From assembly GCA_965372795.1 (NCBI GenBank), contig CBDVDR010000013.1, positions 37,145-101,144 on the forward strand: a stretch of 64,000 nucleotides of DNA, read 5' to 3'. This stretch comes from an uncultured bacterium (GTDB lineage: Bacteria > Zixibacteria > MSB-5A5 > GN15 > FEB-12). The notes below the pieces were generated by a model. That model made no database searches, was not told the DNA's origin, and saw nothing but the letters and a program-made list of their open reading frames with translations. The position numbers and the translations under genes are program-made. Below are positions 19,677 through 29,486 of this stretch, one piece after another. Position 1 is the first letter of the stretch, and each line of letters opens with the position of its first letter.

Positions 19677-22305
19677 AACATCAGAAATCAGACAAAAATA
19701 TATAGATTTTTTCGCTCAGCGTGATCATAAATTAATCCCCTCCTCTCCTGTTATTCCCTTTAACGATCCGACTATTCTGTTTATTAATGCCGGGATGAAT
19801 CAATTTAAGGATATTTTCACCGGACAACGAAAAGTTAATTTCTCCCGTGCAGTCAGTTGTCAAAAATGTATCCGTGCCGGCGGGAAACATAACGATCTGG
19901 ATAATGTCGGCTTCACTGCCCGTCATCATACTTTTTTTGAGATGCTTGGCAATTTTTCATTTGGCGATTACTTCAAAGAACAGGCGATTGCCTATGCGTG
20001 GGAATTTTTTACTGAAGATCTCAAATTATCAAAAGACAAGTTGTATGTCACCGTTTACGAAACTGATAATGATGCCTTTGAACTTTGGGGAAAAATTGCA
20101 CCTGAATTAAAGAACGGACGAATCCTTCGTTTTGGAAAAAAAGATAACTATTGGTCGATGGGTGCCGTGGGACCATGCGGTCCCTGTTCGGAAATCCATT
20201 ATGACCGGGGTGAAAAATACGGCACCGGACCGGAAGATGTTGTTAATGGTGAGACCGACCGCTTTGTTGAAATTTGGAATCTGGTCTTTATGCAATACGA
20301 CCAGCTTCCCGATGGAACCGTTGTTGATCTGCCAAAACCATCGGTCGACACCGGAGCCGGTCTGGAACGGTTAGCCTGCATTTTACAAAACACCGATACA
20401 AATTATGGCATTGATATTTTCAAAAGTCTGATTGAAACAATTGCTGAAATTACCAGCTCCAAATATGAAGATCATGCTACTACCCATCATATCATTGCCG
20501 ATCATGTCCGGGCATTGTCATTTGCAATTGCCGATGGTGCCGGGATTTCTAACGAAGGTCAGGGCTATGTTCTCCGTCGTATTTTAAGAAGAGCCGCTCG
20601 TCATGGTCGATCACTTGGGATGCACGAACCGTTTATATATAAATTGCTCCCAAAACTTGTTGAATTGATGGGTGAAGCTTATCCGGAACTAAAAGAAAAA
20701 CAGAATCATATCGAATCAATTATAAAAACCGAAGAGGAAGCCTTTGGACGCACTCTTGACACCGGTTTGGAGCTGTTTGAAAAGATTTCTGAAAAAGTAA
20801 AAGGCTCAAATAATAATATCGTTCCGGGAGAAGATGTTTTCAAACTATACGACACCTATGGCTTCCCCTATGATCTGACCGAGATAATCGCTGAAGAACA
20901 TGGTTTAAAACTCGACCAGAATGGTTTTAACAAAGCGATGGATCTACAAAAAGAAAAATCTCGCGCCGGAGCATCTTTCAATTTAGCAACGGGTGCTTCT
21001 CGAGCTGTTATTGATGAAGTTATAAATAAACTTGGAACAGATGGTGAAACGAATATTATTCGTGGTAAGTTAAAAATTGATTCATCAATTAATTTTGCTA
21101 ATTCCGGTGATGGAAATACCGGAGCCATTGTTTTAAGTGAATCCCCTTTCTATTGTGAGTCCGGCGGTCAGATAAGTGATATAGGGATTATTTTCTCAGA
21201 TACTTTTACATTTGATGTTACCGGGTTGGAACAACATCAAAATTACTTAATCCATTTAGGCGATTTTGTTAAAGGTTCTTCCAGTGATGCCAACAGTTGC
21301 AAGGCAGTTACTGCCGAAGTTAATTATGAACGGCGCTGGGATATAATGCGCAATCATACTGCCACCCATCTGGCTCATGCGGCTTTGCGAAAATTACTCG
21401 GGAAACATATATCTCAAAAAGGTTCTTATGTCGGACCGGACCGATTAAGATTCGATTTTTCTCATACTCAACCGATGACCGATGATGAAATTTCAAAAAT
21501 TGAAAATATGGTCAATGAACATATTTTAACAGGAAATGAAGTCATAACTGACCAGATGAAAATCGAGGATGCCAAAAAATCCGGCGCCATGGCTTTGTTT
21601 GGTGAAAAATATGATGACGAGGTTCGGGTTGTCTCGGTTGGTGATTTTTCCAAAGAGCTTTGCGGAGGAACTCATGTTAAGTATGCCAGCCAAATAGGGT
21701 CCTTTGTGATTACTCTTGAAACCGGAATCGCCTCGGGGGTCAGACGGATGGAAGCTATAACCGGGAAAGAAGCAATAAAATATCTGTTAAAGGCTAAGAA
21801 TTTCAGACATAATGTTGCCAGTTCGTTGAATCGGCAGGAAAATGATGACCTTCTCGATGCTGTAACCCAGCTCCGAGATCAAAATATCTCATTGCAAAAA
21901 GAGATCAAAAAAGTAAAAGCTGAGATGTTTGCCAATGCTTCAATAGGAAGTATTGGTATTACCACTCAAATAGGCGATATTACTGTTGTACAACACGATT
22001 TCCTTGAAACAGACCGGGATACAATGTCAGGATGGATTGACAGCCAGAAAGAATCAGAAAAACCAATTGTTGCATTTGCCCTGGGAATTGTTAATACTAA
22101 GAAAACATATATCGCTTCGGCTAGTAAAGCAGCCATCAATATTTCAGGAATTCATATAGGTAATCTTTCTAAGGAATTGCTGAGCAGTTTTGGCGGTCGT
22201 GGCGGAGGTAAACCGAACTTTGCTCAAGGGTCGGTTGCTGATGCAACTAACCCTGATGAGTTTTTTAAAAAGGCATTGAGTTTTATCCCTGAAGGGGACC
22301 AATAA
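19666..22305 (+). CDS. alaS: Alanine--tRNA ligase
   Basis: NAGMNQFK, HHTFFEMLGNFSFGDYFK, NHTATH, ELCGGTH. Confidence 0.98.
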   Translation: MIIKTSEIRQKYIDFFAQRDHKLIPSSPVIPFNDPTILFINAGMNQFKDIFTGQRKVNFSRAVSCQKCIRAGGKHNDLDNVGFTARHHTFFEMLGNFSFGDYFKEQAIAYAWEFFTEDLKLSKDKLYVTVYETDNDAFELWGKIAPELKNGRILRFGKKDNYWSMGAVGPCGPCSEIHYDRGEKYGTGPEDVVNGETDRFVEIWNLVFMQYDQLPDGTVVDLPKPSVDTGAGLERLACILQNTDTNYGIDIFKSLIETIAEITSSKYEDHATTHHIIADHVRALSFAIADGAGISNEGQGYVLRRILRRAARHGRSLGMHEPFIYKLLPKLVELMGEAYPELKEKQNHIESIIKTEEEAFGRTLDTGLELFEKISEKVKGSNNNIVPGEDVFKLYDTYGFPYDLTEIIAEEHGLKLDQNGFNKAMDLQKEKSRAGASFNLATGASRAVIDEVINKLGTDGETNIIRGKLKIDSSINFANSGDGNTGAIVLSESPFYCESGGQISDIGIIFSDTFTFDVTGLEQHQNYLIHLGDFVKGSSSDANSCKAVTAEVNYERRWDIMRNHTATHLAHAALRKLLGKHISQKGSYVGPDRLRFDFSHTQPMTDDEISKIENMVNEHILTGNEVITDQMKIEDAKKSGAMALFGEKYDDEVRVVSVGDFSKELCGGTHVKYASQIGSFVITLETGIASGVRRMEAITGKEAIKYLLKAKNFRHNVASSLNRQENDDLLDAVTQLRDQNISLQKEIKKVKAEMFANASIGSIGITTQIGDITVVQHDFLETDRDTMSGWIDSQKESEKPIVAFALGIVNTKKTYIASASKAAINISGIHIGNLSKELLSSFGGRGGGKPNFAQGSVADATNPDEFFKKALSFIPEGDQ

Positions 22306-22306
22306 T

Positions 22307-23071
22307 ATGAACGGTGAAATTTATAGCAAACTTCTCAAATCAAAAGAAGAAAACGGCGCCGGATTTTTGATGTTAATCGATCCGGATAAAATTCCTGAAG
22401 ATAACTATCTGGCTCTGGCTGATGCTGCTGATAATTGCGGTGTAGATGCAATATTGGTGGGCACTTCTTTTATGTTAAGTGTTAATTTCCCTATCGCTGT
22501 TAAAAAGATCAAAGAAAGAACCGAAAAACCGGTTATTATTTTTCCGGGATCATTCGCCCAGATAAATCAATTCGCCGATGCGATTCTGTTTTCTTCATTG
22601 CTGTCCGGAAGAAACCCTACCTATTTAATTGAAGAACAGATCAAAGGGGCGCCGCTTATCAAACGCTGTGGCATCGAGCCGATTCCTACCGGATATTTAC
22701 TGATTGAATCGGGTGGGGTTACATCAGTTCTTTATATTTCCGGCACCCAACCTATCCCGCGTGAAAAAGGTGATATTGCCTGTGCTCATGCACTTGCCGC
22801 CCAATATATGGGCATGAAGCTTGTTTATCTCGAAGCAGGTTCTGGAGCAACAGACCCGGTTCCTACAAAAATGGTTCAACAGGTTTCTTCTTATATCGAT
22901 ATTCCGGTCATCGTAGGCGGCGGATTAACTTCCCCTGATGATTGTGCTGAAAGAGTTGCCGCCGGTGCTTCATTTATAGTTGTCGGTAACCGTCTGGAGC
23001 ATGGTCATGATTTGGATTATATTCGTGATCTGGCTGCGGCTGTTCATCATAAAGGACCAATCACAGTATGA
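22307..23071 (+). CDS. Geranylgeranylglyceryl/heptaprenylglyceryl phosphate synthase (group II-like)
   Basis: LIDPDK, PVIIFPG, SLLSGRNP, PTGYLLIE, YLEAGSGA, VGGG motifs. Confidence 0.88.
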   Translation: MNGEIYSKLLKSKEENGAGFLMLIDPDKIPEDNYLALADAADNCGVDAILVGTSFMLSVNFPIAVKKIKERTEKPVIIFPGSFAQINQFADAILFSSLLSGRNPTYLIEEQIKGAPLIKRCGIEPIPTGYLLIESGGVTSVLYISGTQPIPREKGDIACAHALAAQYMGMKLVYLEAGSGATDPVPTKMVQQVSSYIDIPVIVGGGLTSPDDCAERVAAGASFIVVGNRLEHGHDLDYIRDLAAAVHHKGPITV

Positions 23072-23655
23072 CTAAAAAAGAAACCCTGGCGCGAATAAAA
23101 GAACTTGCCGCTGAAGCTGCCGTCCTTCGCAAAACTGTTGTAGAACAGCTAAGTGAAAAGCTTCTTGAAGTTTCAGCAGTTTTCTCGGGCGTGATCGGTT
23201 CCGGAGGAAAAATTTTAATTGCCGGCAATGGCGGTTCGGCAGCCGATGCCCAGCATTTTGCCGGGGAAATGATTGTCAGACTGACTTCAGAACGAAACCG
23301 TCAGTCGCTTCCGGCAATATCTTTAACATCCGACACTGCGGTCATTACTGCCTGTGCCAACGATTATGGGTTTGATAAAATATTTTCTCGACAGGTAGAA
23401 GGTCTTGGCAATAAAGGTGATTTATTGTTTGTTATATCAACTTCTGGCAATTCCAAAAACCTTATTGAAGCTGTCAAAACAGCTAAAGATAAAGGCATCT
23501 TAACTGTCGGTCTGCTTGGTAATAATGGCGGGAAACTTGGAAAGATGGTTGACCGTTCGCTAACTATCCCCCACCCATCAACCCAGCGAATCCAGGAAGA
23601 ACATATCTTTTTTATTCACTTATTAGTAGAATTGGTTGAACGAGACCTGTTCTGA
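23068..23655 (+). CDS. gmhA: D-sedoheptulose-7-phosphate isomerase
   Basis: GNGGSAADAQH, ANDYGF, STSGNS, RIQEEH. Confidence 0.93.
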   Translation: MTKKETLARIKELAAEAAVLRKTVVEQLSEKLLEVSAVFSGVIGSGGKILIAGNGGSAADAQHFAGEMIVRLTSERNRQSLPAISLTSDTAVITACANDYGFDKIFSRQVEGLGNKGDLLFVISTSGNSKNLIEAVKTAKDKGILTVGLLGNNGGKLGKMVDRSLTIPHPSTQRIQEEHIFFIHLLVELVERDLF

Positions 23656-24911
23656 TGCATATCAATTCTCTGACCACAGATAAAATATTCCTTTATTTCT
23701 TCTTTGCCATTTCTCTTTTCTGTTCCACTTTTTCAATTGCCATATCACAATTATCGCTGGGAATTGCCTTAGTTCTCTTTGTCAAATTCTCAATTAATAA
23801 CAAAATTTTCAATCAGAATTCTATACTTAAAAAAATATATTTAATAATAATTATATATATATTGTGGAATATCCTCGCTGAAATAATGACTAAAGGATTA
23901 ATTAGTTCATTAAACATTTTCTCCGAAGAATGGCTGTTTTTGATGCTTCCTATTGGAGTATTTGTATTGGCTGAGGCTGAAATCAGGGATAAGATATTTT
24001 CTGTGCTTGCTGTTGGAGTTATTCTAATTTCACTTTATGGTATTTTACAATATTTTACCGGAGTTACTTTTTTTAAAGATGCAACTCTGACTCAAATACC
24101 TGAGTTTGGCTATCGTGCCGCCGGGAATTTTCACACCTTGACCTTTGCAAATTATTTCGGGATTGCTGCGATCTTTTTTATAGTATTATCATTTTATCAA
24201 AACGAATCGGTCAGTTCCAAACAGAAAATTTTATTTCGAACAGCCGGCATGACTGCTCTGACAGCTGTTATTCTAAGTCTAAGCCGGGGGGCGTTATTTG
24301 GCTTATTTATTGTTTCGATTTTTTCTAATTTCTATCTAAAAGGAAAAATGAAGCTAACTGCTTTAATTATATTCGGGGTACTGATTGCCGGATTTGCTGC
24401 TCTTCCGGGAATGTCAGATCGGTTTATTGAGTCTATTCCAATCCATCTGGCTGGAGAATATGAAGGCGGGCGGGGGTTTATCTGGAAACATACCCTTGAA
24501 ATTATCGCTGATAACCCAATTTGGGGGATTGGTCATGGTAATTTTATGGAAATTTTCCTTCAATATGTTCGACCTGATCTACCCAAATGGTGGCACCCGG
24601 GGCATGCTCATAATGATTATTTGCAAATTTCAGCAGTTTCAGGAATTCCTGCTTTAATAATATTTCTGACAATGTATTTCCATGTCGCTTTTTCTTTGTT
24701 TAAAAGCAGTATTAGCAAGGACTTCCCCAAAAACGGCATCTTAACGGCATCATTTTTATCAATGTTATTTATTATTATAATTTCATTATCAAACGACCCT
24801 TTTCAGGATGATGAGGTTAGATATCTGATCATGTTTATTTGGGCAGCCGGTTTATCAGTTATTGCAAAACATTCCGGAACCTCAGAATCACTTGATTGTA
24901 AAAAGACTTGA
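23655..24911 (+). CDS. O-antigen ligase family protein
   Basis: Multi-TM, SLSRG, NPIWGIGHGNF, HAHNDYLQ. Confidence 0.85.
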   Translation: MHINSLTTDKIFLYFFFAISLFCSTFSIAISQLSLGIALVLFVKFSINNKIFNQNSILKKIYLIIIIYILWNILAEIMTKGLISSLNIFSEEWLFLMLPIGVFVLAEAEIRDKIFSVLAVGVILISLYGILQYFTGVTFFKDATLTQIPEFGYRAAGNFHTLTFANYFGIAAIFFIVLSFYQNESVSSKQKILFRTAGMTALTAVILSLSRGALFGLFIVSIFSNFYLKGKMKLTALIIFGVLIAGFAALPGMSDRFIESIPIHLAGEYEGGRGFIWKHTLEIIADNPIWGIGHGNFMEIFLQYVRPDLPKWWHPGHAHNDYLQISAVSGIPALIIFLTMYFHVAFSLFKSSISKDFPKNGILTASFLSMLFIIIISLSNDPFQDDEVRYLIMFIWAAGLSVIAKHSGTSESLDCKKT

Positions 24912-24945
24912 CATAATTTAACAATTTCGTTTTTTAAAGACTAAT

Positions 24946-25197
24946 ATGAATGACAAAGTAAAAAAGAAAAGTTCAGACAGCTCCGATGAATTTAAATGGC
25001 CCTTTGGGACAAGAAATTATATCGTCTTTGCTGTTGCCCTGTTAGTGATTATTGTCGGCTACATCTCACTTGGTCAGGGTTCCATCACTTTAGCTCCAAT
25101 CCTTCTGGTGCTTGGCTATTGTGTACTTATTCCAACCGCATTAATTATTCGTGGAGACAGCAAAGTCCCTGCTACTGAATCTGTCCCTGAAAATTAG
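24946..25197 (+). CDS. Small 2-TM protein (DUF3098-like)
   Basis: PFGTRNY...ITLAPILLVLGY pattern. Confidence 0.65.
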   Translation: MNDKVKKKSSDSSDEFKWPFGTRNYIVFAVALLVIIVGYISLGQGSITLAPILLVLGYCVLIPTALIIRGDSKVPATESVPEN

Positions 25198-25219
25198 TTG
25201 GATTATAAAATTATCATTT

Positions 25220-25252
25220 AAAAAGGGAGCAATGATCTGCTCCCTTTTTTTT
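25220..25252. terminator. Bidirectional intrinsic terminator
   Basis: AAAAAGGGAGCA-atgatc-TGCTCCCTTTTTTTT between convergent genes. Confidence 0.85.
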
Positions 25253-25258
25253 AAATTG

Positions 25259-27757
25259 TTAGCTTTGATACTCGTTTAATTTATTTGAGTAGATCGTGAT
25301 AAGGTTTTCTGTTTCCTCTTCACTTTCAGATTCCGCCAGAATATTAAACGAAGCCGTAACTAAATCCGGAGCCAGCAGAACCCAGCCGTTTCCTTCAAAT
25401 ATTCTGATACCATCAACCAGCTCGCGTTTTTGCTGCTCGGTATCATTAATCAGTTGCCTCATGATAGTTCCCTTTTTTGCCCAGGGACATGAGATTGAGA
25501 TTTCTCTTCTATGATATTTTTCAAATTCATTTCTAAGATTTTTAATTCTGCTTTTTGTAGATGCAAGCATCTCTAAAATTTTTACAGCTGACAACATCGC
25601 ATCAGCACCAAGCTGGAAGCCTGGGAAAATAAAACCACCGCGGGTACCGCCGACAAAATCAACATCCCCTCTTCGATGGATATCCATCATTGATAAATGG
25701 TTATTGGGAATCCTGACTACTTCGACCTTATATTTTTTTGCTATTTCATCAATTCCCATCGATGAAGATACAGGAACGGCAATTCTTTTGGGACTATGGG
25801 TTCGGCAAAAAAGTTCGGTTACCATCAATTGCAAAACATAGCTATCCACCGGATTGCCATCTTCATCTACCAATGAAAGTTTCTCTGCAGCAGGGTTTAG
25901 AAGAAAGCCGACATCGGCTTTTAAAGAAGATACGATTGAGCAGACCTGAACCAGAGCCTGGCTATATTCTTCAGGTGAGGTAGAAAATTTGCGCGGGTTA
26001 AGGCTGGCATTTAATTCAATCGCTGATATCCCGAGGTTAAAAAACAGGGTGGGAAATATTTGACTGGAGGATCCGTTGGAATGATCTATTACAACTTTGA
26101 ATCCGGCGTTTTGAATTATTTCATGATCAAAACTTTCAATAAATTTCACCCGGTATTCTTCAAGAACTCGTGCCGGTGCTTCAAGATGCCCGATATTATC
26201 AAGAGTGGCTCTTTCAAAGTCTTCCCCGGCATACATCCGTTCGACTTTTTTAAGTTTCACCGTCGGCATATCGATACCATTACCATCAAAAAATATCATA
26301 TCGATCAAGCGATAGTCTTCCGGATTATGTCTGATATAAATTCCGGCACCATATTTTCCTTCAGACAGAGCATATCTCACAACCGGAACAGGCAAAGTTT
26401 CAATATCGAAAACATTGACTCCGGCGGCTAACAACCCGGAGATCATGCCTCTTTTTAACAGGCGTGAGTTATCAGAAGCATCTCGACTGATAACAACCGA
26501 ATTTCCCTGCCCTAAAAAAGCTCCAAAAGCAGCCCCGACTTTTACAGCCATTTCCGGTGTAATTTCGGTTAAAGCTAATCCGGTGATTTTTGAATTTGTA
26601 AACAGCTCCCGATTCCATTTCTCGCCCCAGACCATCGAAGTTGAAACGATGGCACCGCTATCAACCGTTTTTCCGGGCCAGATTTTACAGTTGGCTTTAA
26701 TAGTAGCTGATTCACCGATTGTCGATTCATCGGCAATTATAACATTATCTAAGAGTTGGACATTATGACTGATACTTGTATTGCGGCAAACAATCGACCG
26801 GCTCATTCTGGATTCCGAACCGATAAGATTATCTTCCCAGATAATAGAATTCTTTATCACACAATTAGCGCCTACTCGTGTCCGGCTTCCAATAGAACTA
26901 TTATGAAGTCTGGTTCCTGATTCGATATAGACATCATTCCCAAGTAGAACTTTACCGGTGATGGTCACATCTTTCCCGATATAGGTGTTGGTTCCTTTTC
27001 CAAGCAAGCCTTCTCCCAAAACTTCAATCGGATTGGTTGGCTCAAGAGTTAGTTTACTGTCAAAGAAGTCGACATGTACCCGATGATACTCATCAATATT
27101 CCCGACATCTTTCCAGTAACCATCCATAATTTTCCCGAACAATCCCATATTTTTTTCAAGCATAATCGGAAACAAATCTTGGGAAAAGTCAAAGTTGGTT
27201 TCTTTAGGAATCAAATTTATTGATGATGGTTCTAAAATATAAATGCCGGTATTTATAGTATCAGAGAAGGCTTCACCCCAGGATGGTTTTTCGAGGAAGC
27301 GAACAATTTTACCCTTTTTATCAGTGATAACAATTCCATAGGCCAGAGGATTATCCATCCGAGTCAGTAATATAGTTGTCTCGGATTTATTTTTTTGATG
27401 CCAATCCATGGCTTCGGTTAAATCAAAATCAGTTACCAAATCACCGGAAATAACCAACACCGGTTCATTTGGATCGGAGAGGGCATATCTTACGGCTCCG
27501 GCAGTTCCATAATCTTCATCGGGAAGAGCATATTTCATTTCAACGCCTAAGCTGCTGCCATCTTTGAAATAATCCTTAATCTTGTCAGGTTGAAAATATA
27601 ATAACGAGGTTATTTCCGTGATGCCATGTCTGACCAGCAGTTTAACAACATGTTCCATCATTGGAACGTTGCAAATCGGCGCCATCGGTTTAGGGATATT
27701 AATTGTGAGCGGTCTCAAACGGGTGCCAAAACCACCAGCCATTATTATTGCTTTCAT
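25259..27757 (-). CDS. Mannose-1-phosphate guanylyltransferase / phosphomannomutase-like fusion
   Basis: MAGGFGTRLRPLT nucleotidyltransferase, hexapeptide beta-helix, PGM/PMM-like C-terminal domains. Confidence 0.85.
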   Translation of the reverse strand: MKAIIMAGGFGTRLRPLTINIPKPMAPICNVPMMEHVVKLLVRHGITEITSLLYFQPDKIKDYFKDGSSLGVEMKYALPDEDYGTAGAVRYALSDPNEPVLVISGDLVTDFDLTEAMDWHQKNKSETTILLTRMDNPLAYGIVITDKKGKIVRFLEKPSWGEAFSDTINTGIYILEPSSINLIPKETNFDFSQDLFPIMLEKNMGLFGKIMDGYWKDVGNIDEYHRVHVDFFDSKLTLEPTNPIEVLGEGLLGKGTNTYIGKDVTITGKVLLGNDVYIESGTRLHNSSIGSRTRVGANCVIKNSIIWEDNLIGSESRMSRSIVCRNTSISHNVQLLDNVIIADESTIGESATIKANCKIWPGKTVDSGAIVSTSMVWGEKWNRELFTNSKITGLALTEITPEMAVKVGAAFGAFLGQGNSVVISRDASDNSRLLKRGMISGLLAAGVNVFDIETLPVPVVRYALSEGKYGAGIYIRHNPEDYRLIDMIFFDGNGIDMPTVKLKKVERMYAGEDFERATLDNIGHLEAPARVLEEYRVKFIESFDHEIIQNAGFKVVIDHSNGSSSQIFPTLFFNLGISAIELNASLNPRKFSTSPEEYSQALVQVCSIVSSLKADVGFLLNPAAEKLSLVDEDGNPVDSYVLQLMVTELFCRTHSPKRIAVPVSSSMGIDEIAKKYKVEVVRIPNNHLSMMDIHRRGDVDFVGGTRGGFIFPGFQLGADAMLSAVKILEMLASTKSRIKNLRNEFEKYHRREISISCPWAKKGTIMRQLINDTEQQKRELVDGIRIFEGNGWVLLAPDLVTASFNILAESESEEETENLITIYSNKLNEYQS

Positions 27758-27781
27758 TGTGTTCTTCCGTAAATCAGCAAG

Positions 27782-28444
27782 TTATAAAATTTTGAGTTTT
27801 GTTAACTCGTTACTAACATCATAAAAACTATCATAGGGCGTATAGTCAACATTGTTTTTTATACAAAATTGCTCAAGATCCTTTTTTGCGAAAAGAATAT
27901 CAGCTTCTTTGGTCGCACAAGCATCCGAATAACCATCTCCAACAAAAATTATCTTAATCTCTTCGTCAAATTTTGATCGATAATCCCTTATCCGTTCGGC
28001 TTTACAATTCCCACAGTACTCGCAATCACCATTATCAAACGGGAAGTCAATATACATATTACTGCCTTCAATGCGACCCAAATTTGAAAGAATTGGAATG
28101 CTGTTTATTTTAGCTCGATTCAAAAGATATTTAATATAAATATCAAGCCCATCTGAAACGATTGACATCTCAAAGTTGGATTTTTTACATTGCTGGCTAA
28201 ACGGTTGAAAACCTTCATCAATCTCAAATTTCTCTATAAACTGATAAAATTCAGCTTCCGTCACGGTCACCATCTCAGCCTCCAACCGTAAACATTCCTT
28301 GCTTGAGAGTCTTCCGGCTTTCCAGTCAGGAATTAACTCATCATTTTTTCCATTAGAGAAATGATGAAACATCTGATAGCCAACATCGGCACGGGCAATG
28401 GTACCGTCAAAATCACAAAATACTGCAGTTTTCATAATATCCAA
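27782..28444 (-). CDS. MtnX-like HAD-IB phosphatase
   Basis: CDFDGT, VSDG, CK, VGDGYSD. Confidence 0.8.
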   Translation of the reverse strand: MDIMKTAVFCDFDGTIARADVGYQMFHHFSNGKNDELIPDWKAGRLSSKECLRLEAEMVTVTEAEFYQFIEKFEIDEGFQPFSQQCKKSNFEMSIVSDGLDIYIKYLLNRAKINSIPILSNLGRIEGSNMYIDFPFDNGDCEYCGNCKAERIRDYRSKFDEEIKIIFVGDGYSDACATKEADILFAKKDLEQFCIKNNVDYTPYDSFYDVSNELTKLKIL

Positions 28445-28722
28445 AATTTTAAAACAATTATTAAAAGCAATATGACAATAAGAAAATAGCTTAACCAGCT
28501 GAATCTAAAAAGCTCAGCTTTTTGAAATTGAATGCCTAAAATTATTAACTTTACCAAAGTTGCGGCAAAGACACCAACAATCCCCCAATAAGCCAAACTG
28601 TCGGCTAAACTAAATTTCAAAAAATATAAAATTGTTAATGCCACAAAATATATAAAAATAATTTTCCATAACCATCGCTGAAAATTAATTAATGGCGTAG
28701 AATTAAATACTTTCCCACTCAT
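28432..28722 (-). CDS. Small membrane protein
   Basis: Three hydrophobic segments, overlaps neighbours in operon. Confidence 0.55.
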   Translation of the reverse strand: MSGKVFNSTPLINFQRWLWKIIFIYFVALTILYFLKFSLADSLAYWGIVGVFAATLVKLIILGIQFQKAELFRFSWLSYFLIVILLLIIVLKFWIL

Positions 28723-29486
28723 AATAGCTCCATCAGCGGTTCATAACCCAGCTTGGCTGCCAGATATAACATAAGCAATACGAAAATAACTTTGACAACA
28801 ACAGGTTTTGCTATAGTTCCTAAAAATGCCCCAAGCTTCCCACCGAGAATTATTCCGGCAATTACGGGCACTGCAATTGAAAAATCTATTTGATCATTCA
28901 GGAAATAAACAATTGATGCCGCCGCCGCAGAAAATCCTATCATCAAGGATGAAGTACCTCGGGCAGTTGTAAGGGGAAGTCCGATTACAAGATAGATAGC
29001 CGGCACTAAAATAACTCCACCTCCAATACCAAGCAAACCTGATAAAATACCTGTGAAAAATGCCAGAACAAAACAGATAAAGAACATCTTGGTGCGATTA
29101 TCAGAAAAAGTTAGTTTTTGTTCATTCTTTTTATTTTTAAGCAGAGATAAGGCAGTATAAATCAAAATTACTGTAAACATAATTCTGACAACCTCAGTAG
29201 GAATTACCTGACTAAGGTTGCTGCCGGTTATTGTTCCCATCACCATAAAAATTGAAAGAATTATTACCAGCTCGAAATCGACCATATTCTTCTTTAGATA
29301 TTCATTGGAGGCTGCGACAGAATTGACAACAATTGCTGTCACTGAAACCGGAACCGCAGTTTTAAAATCAAGTCCGGCTGCAATAGTTAGAAATGGAACC
29401 ATAACAATCCCGCCGCCCAATCCGAGATAACCGGCTAAAATTCCGGCACAAAGCCCGCACAGCAGATATAGTAGTAATTCTTCCAT
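28719..29486 (-). CDS. TauE/SafE (TSUP) family exporter
   Basis: Duplicated GLGGG/GIGGG motifs, about 8 TM. Confidence 0.88.
   Translation of the reverse strand: MEELLLYLLCGLCAGILAGYLGLGGGIVMVPFLTIAAGLDFKTAVPVSVTAIVVNSVAASNEYLKKNMVDFELVIILSIFMVMGTITGSNLSQVIPTEVVRIMFTVILIYTALSLLKNKKNEQKLTFSDNRTKMFFICFVLAFFTGILSGLLGIGGGVILVPAIYLVIGLPLTTARGTSSLMIGFSAAAASIVYFLNDQIDFSIAVPVIAGIILGGKLGAFLGTIAKPVVVKVIFVLLMLYLAAKLGYEPLMELL

Noticed and set aside
25259..26600. PMM domain lacking catalytic Ser and DxDxD as a novelty
   Set aside because: Degenerate PMM domains are a familiar feature of this guanylyltransferase-fusion family.
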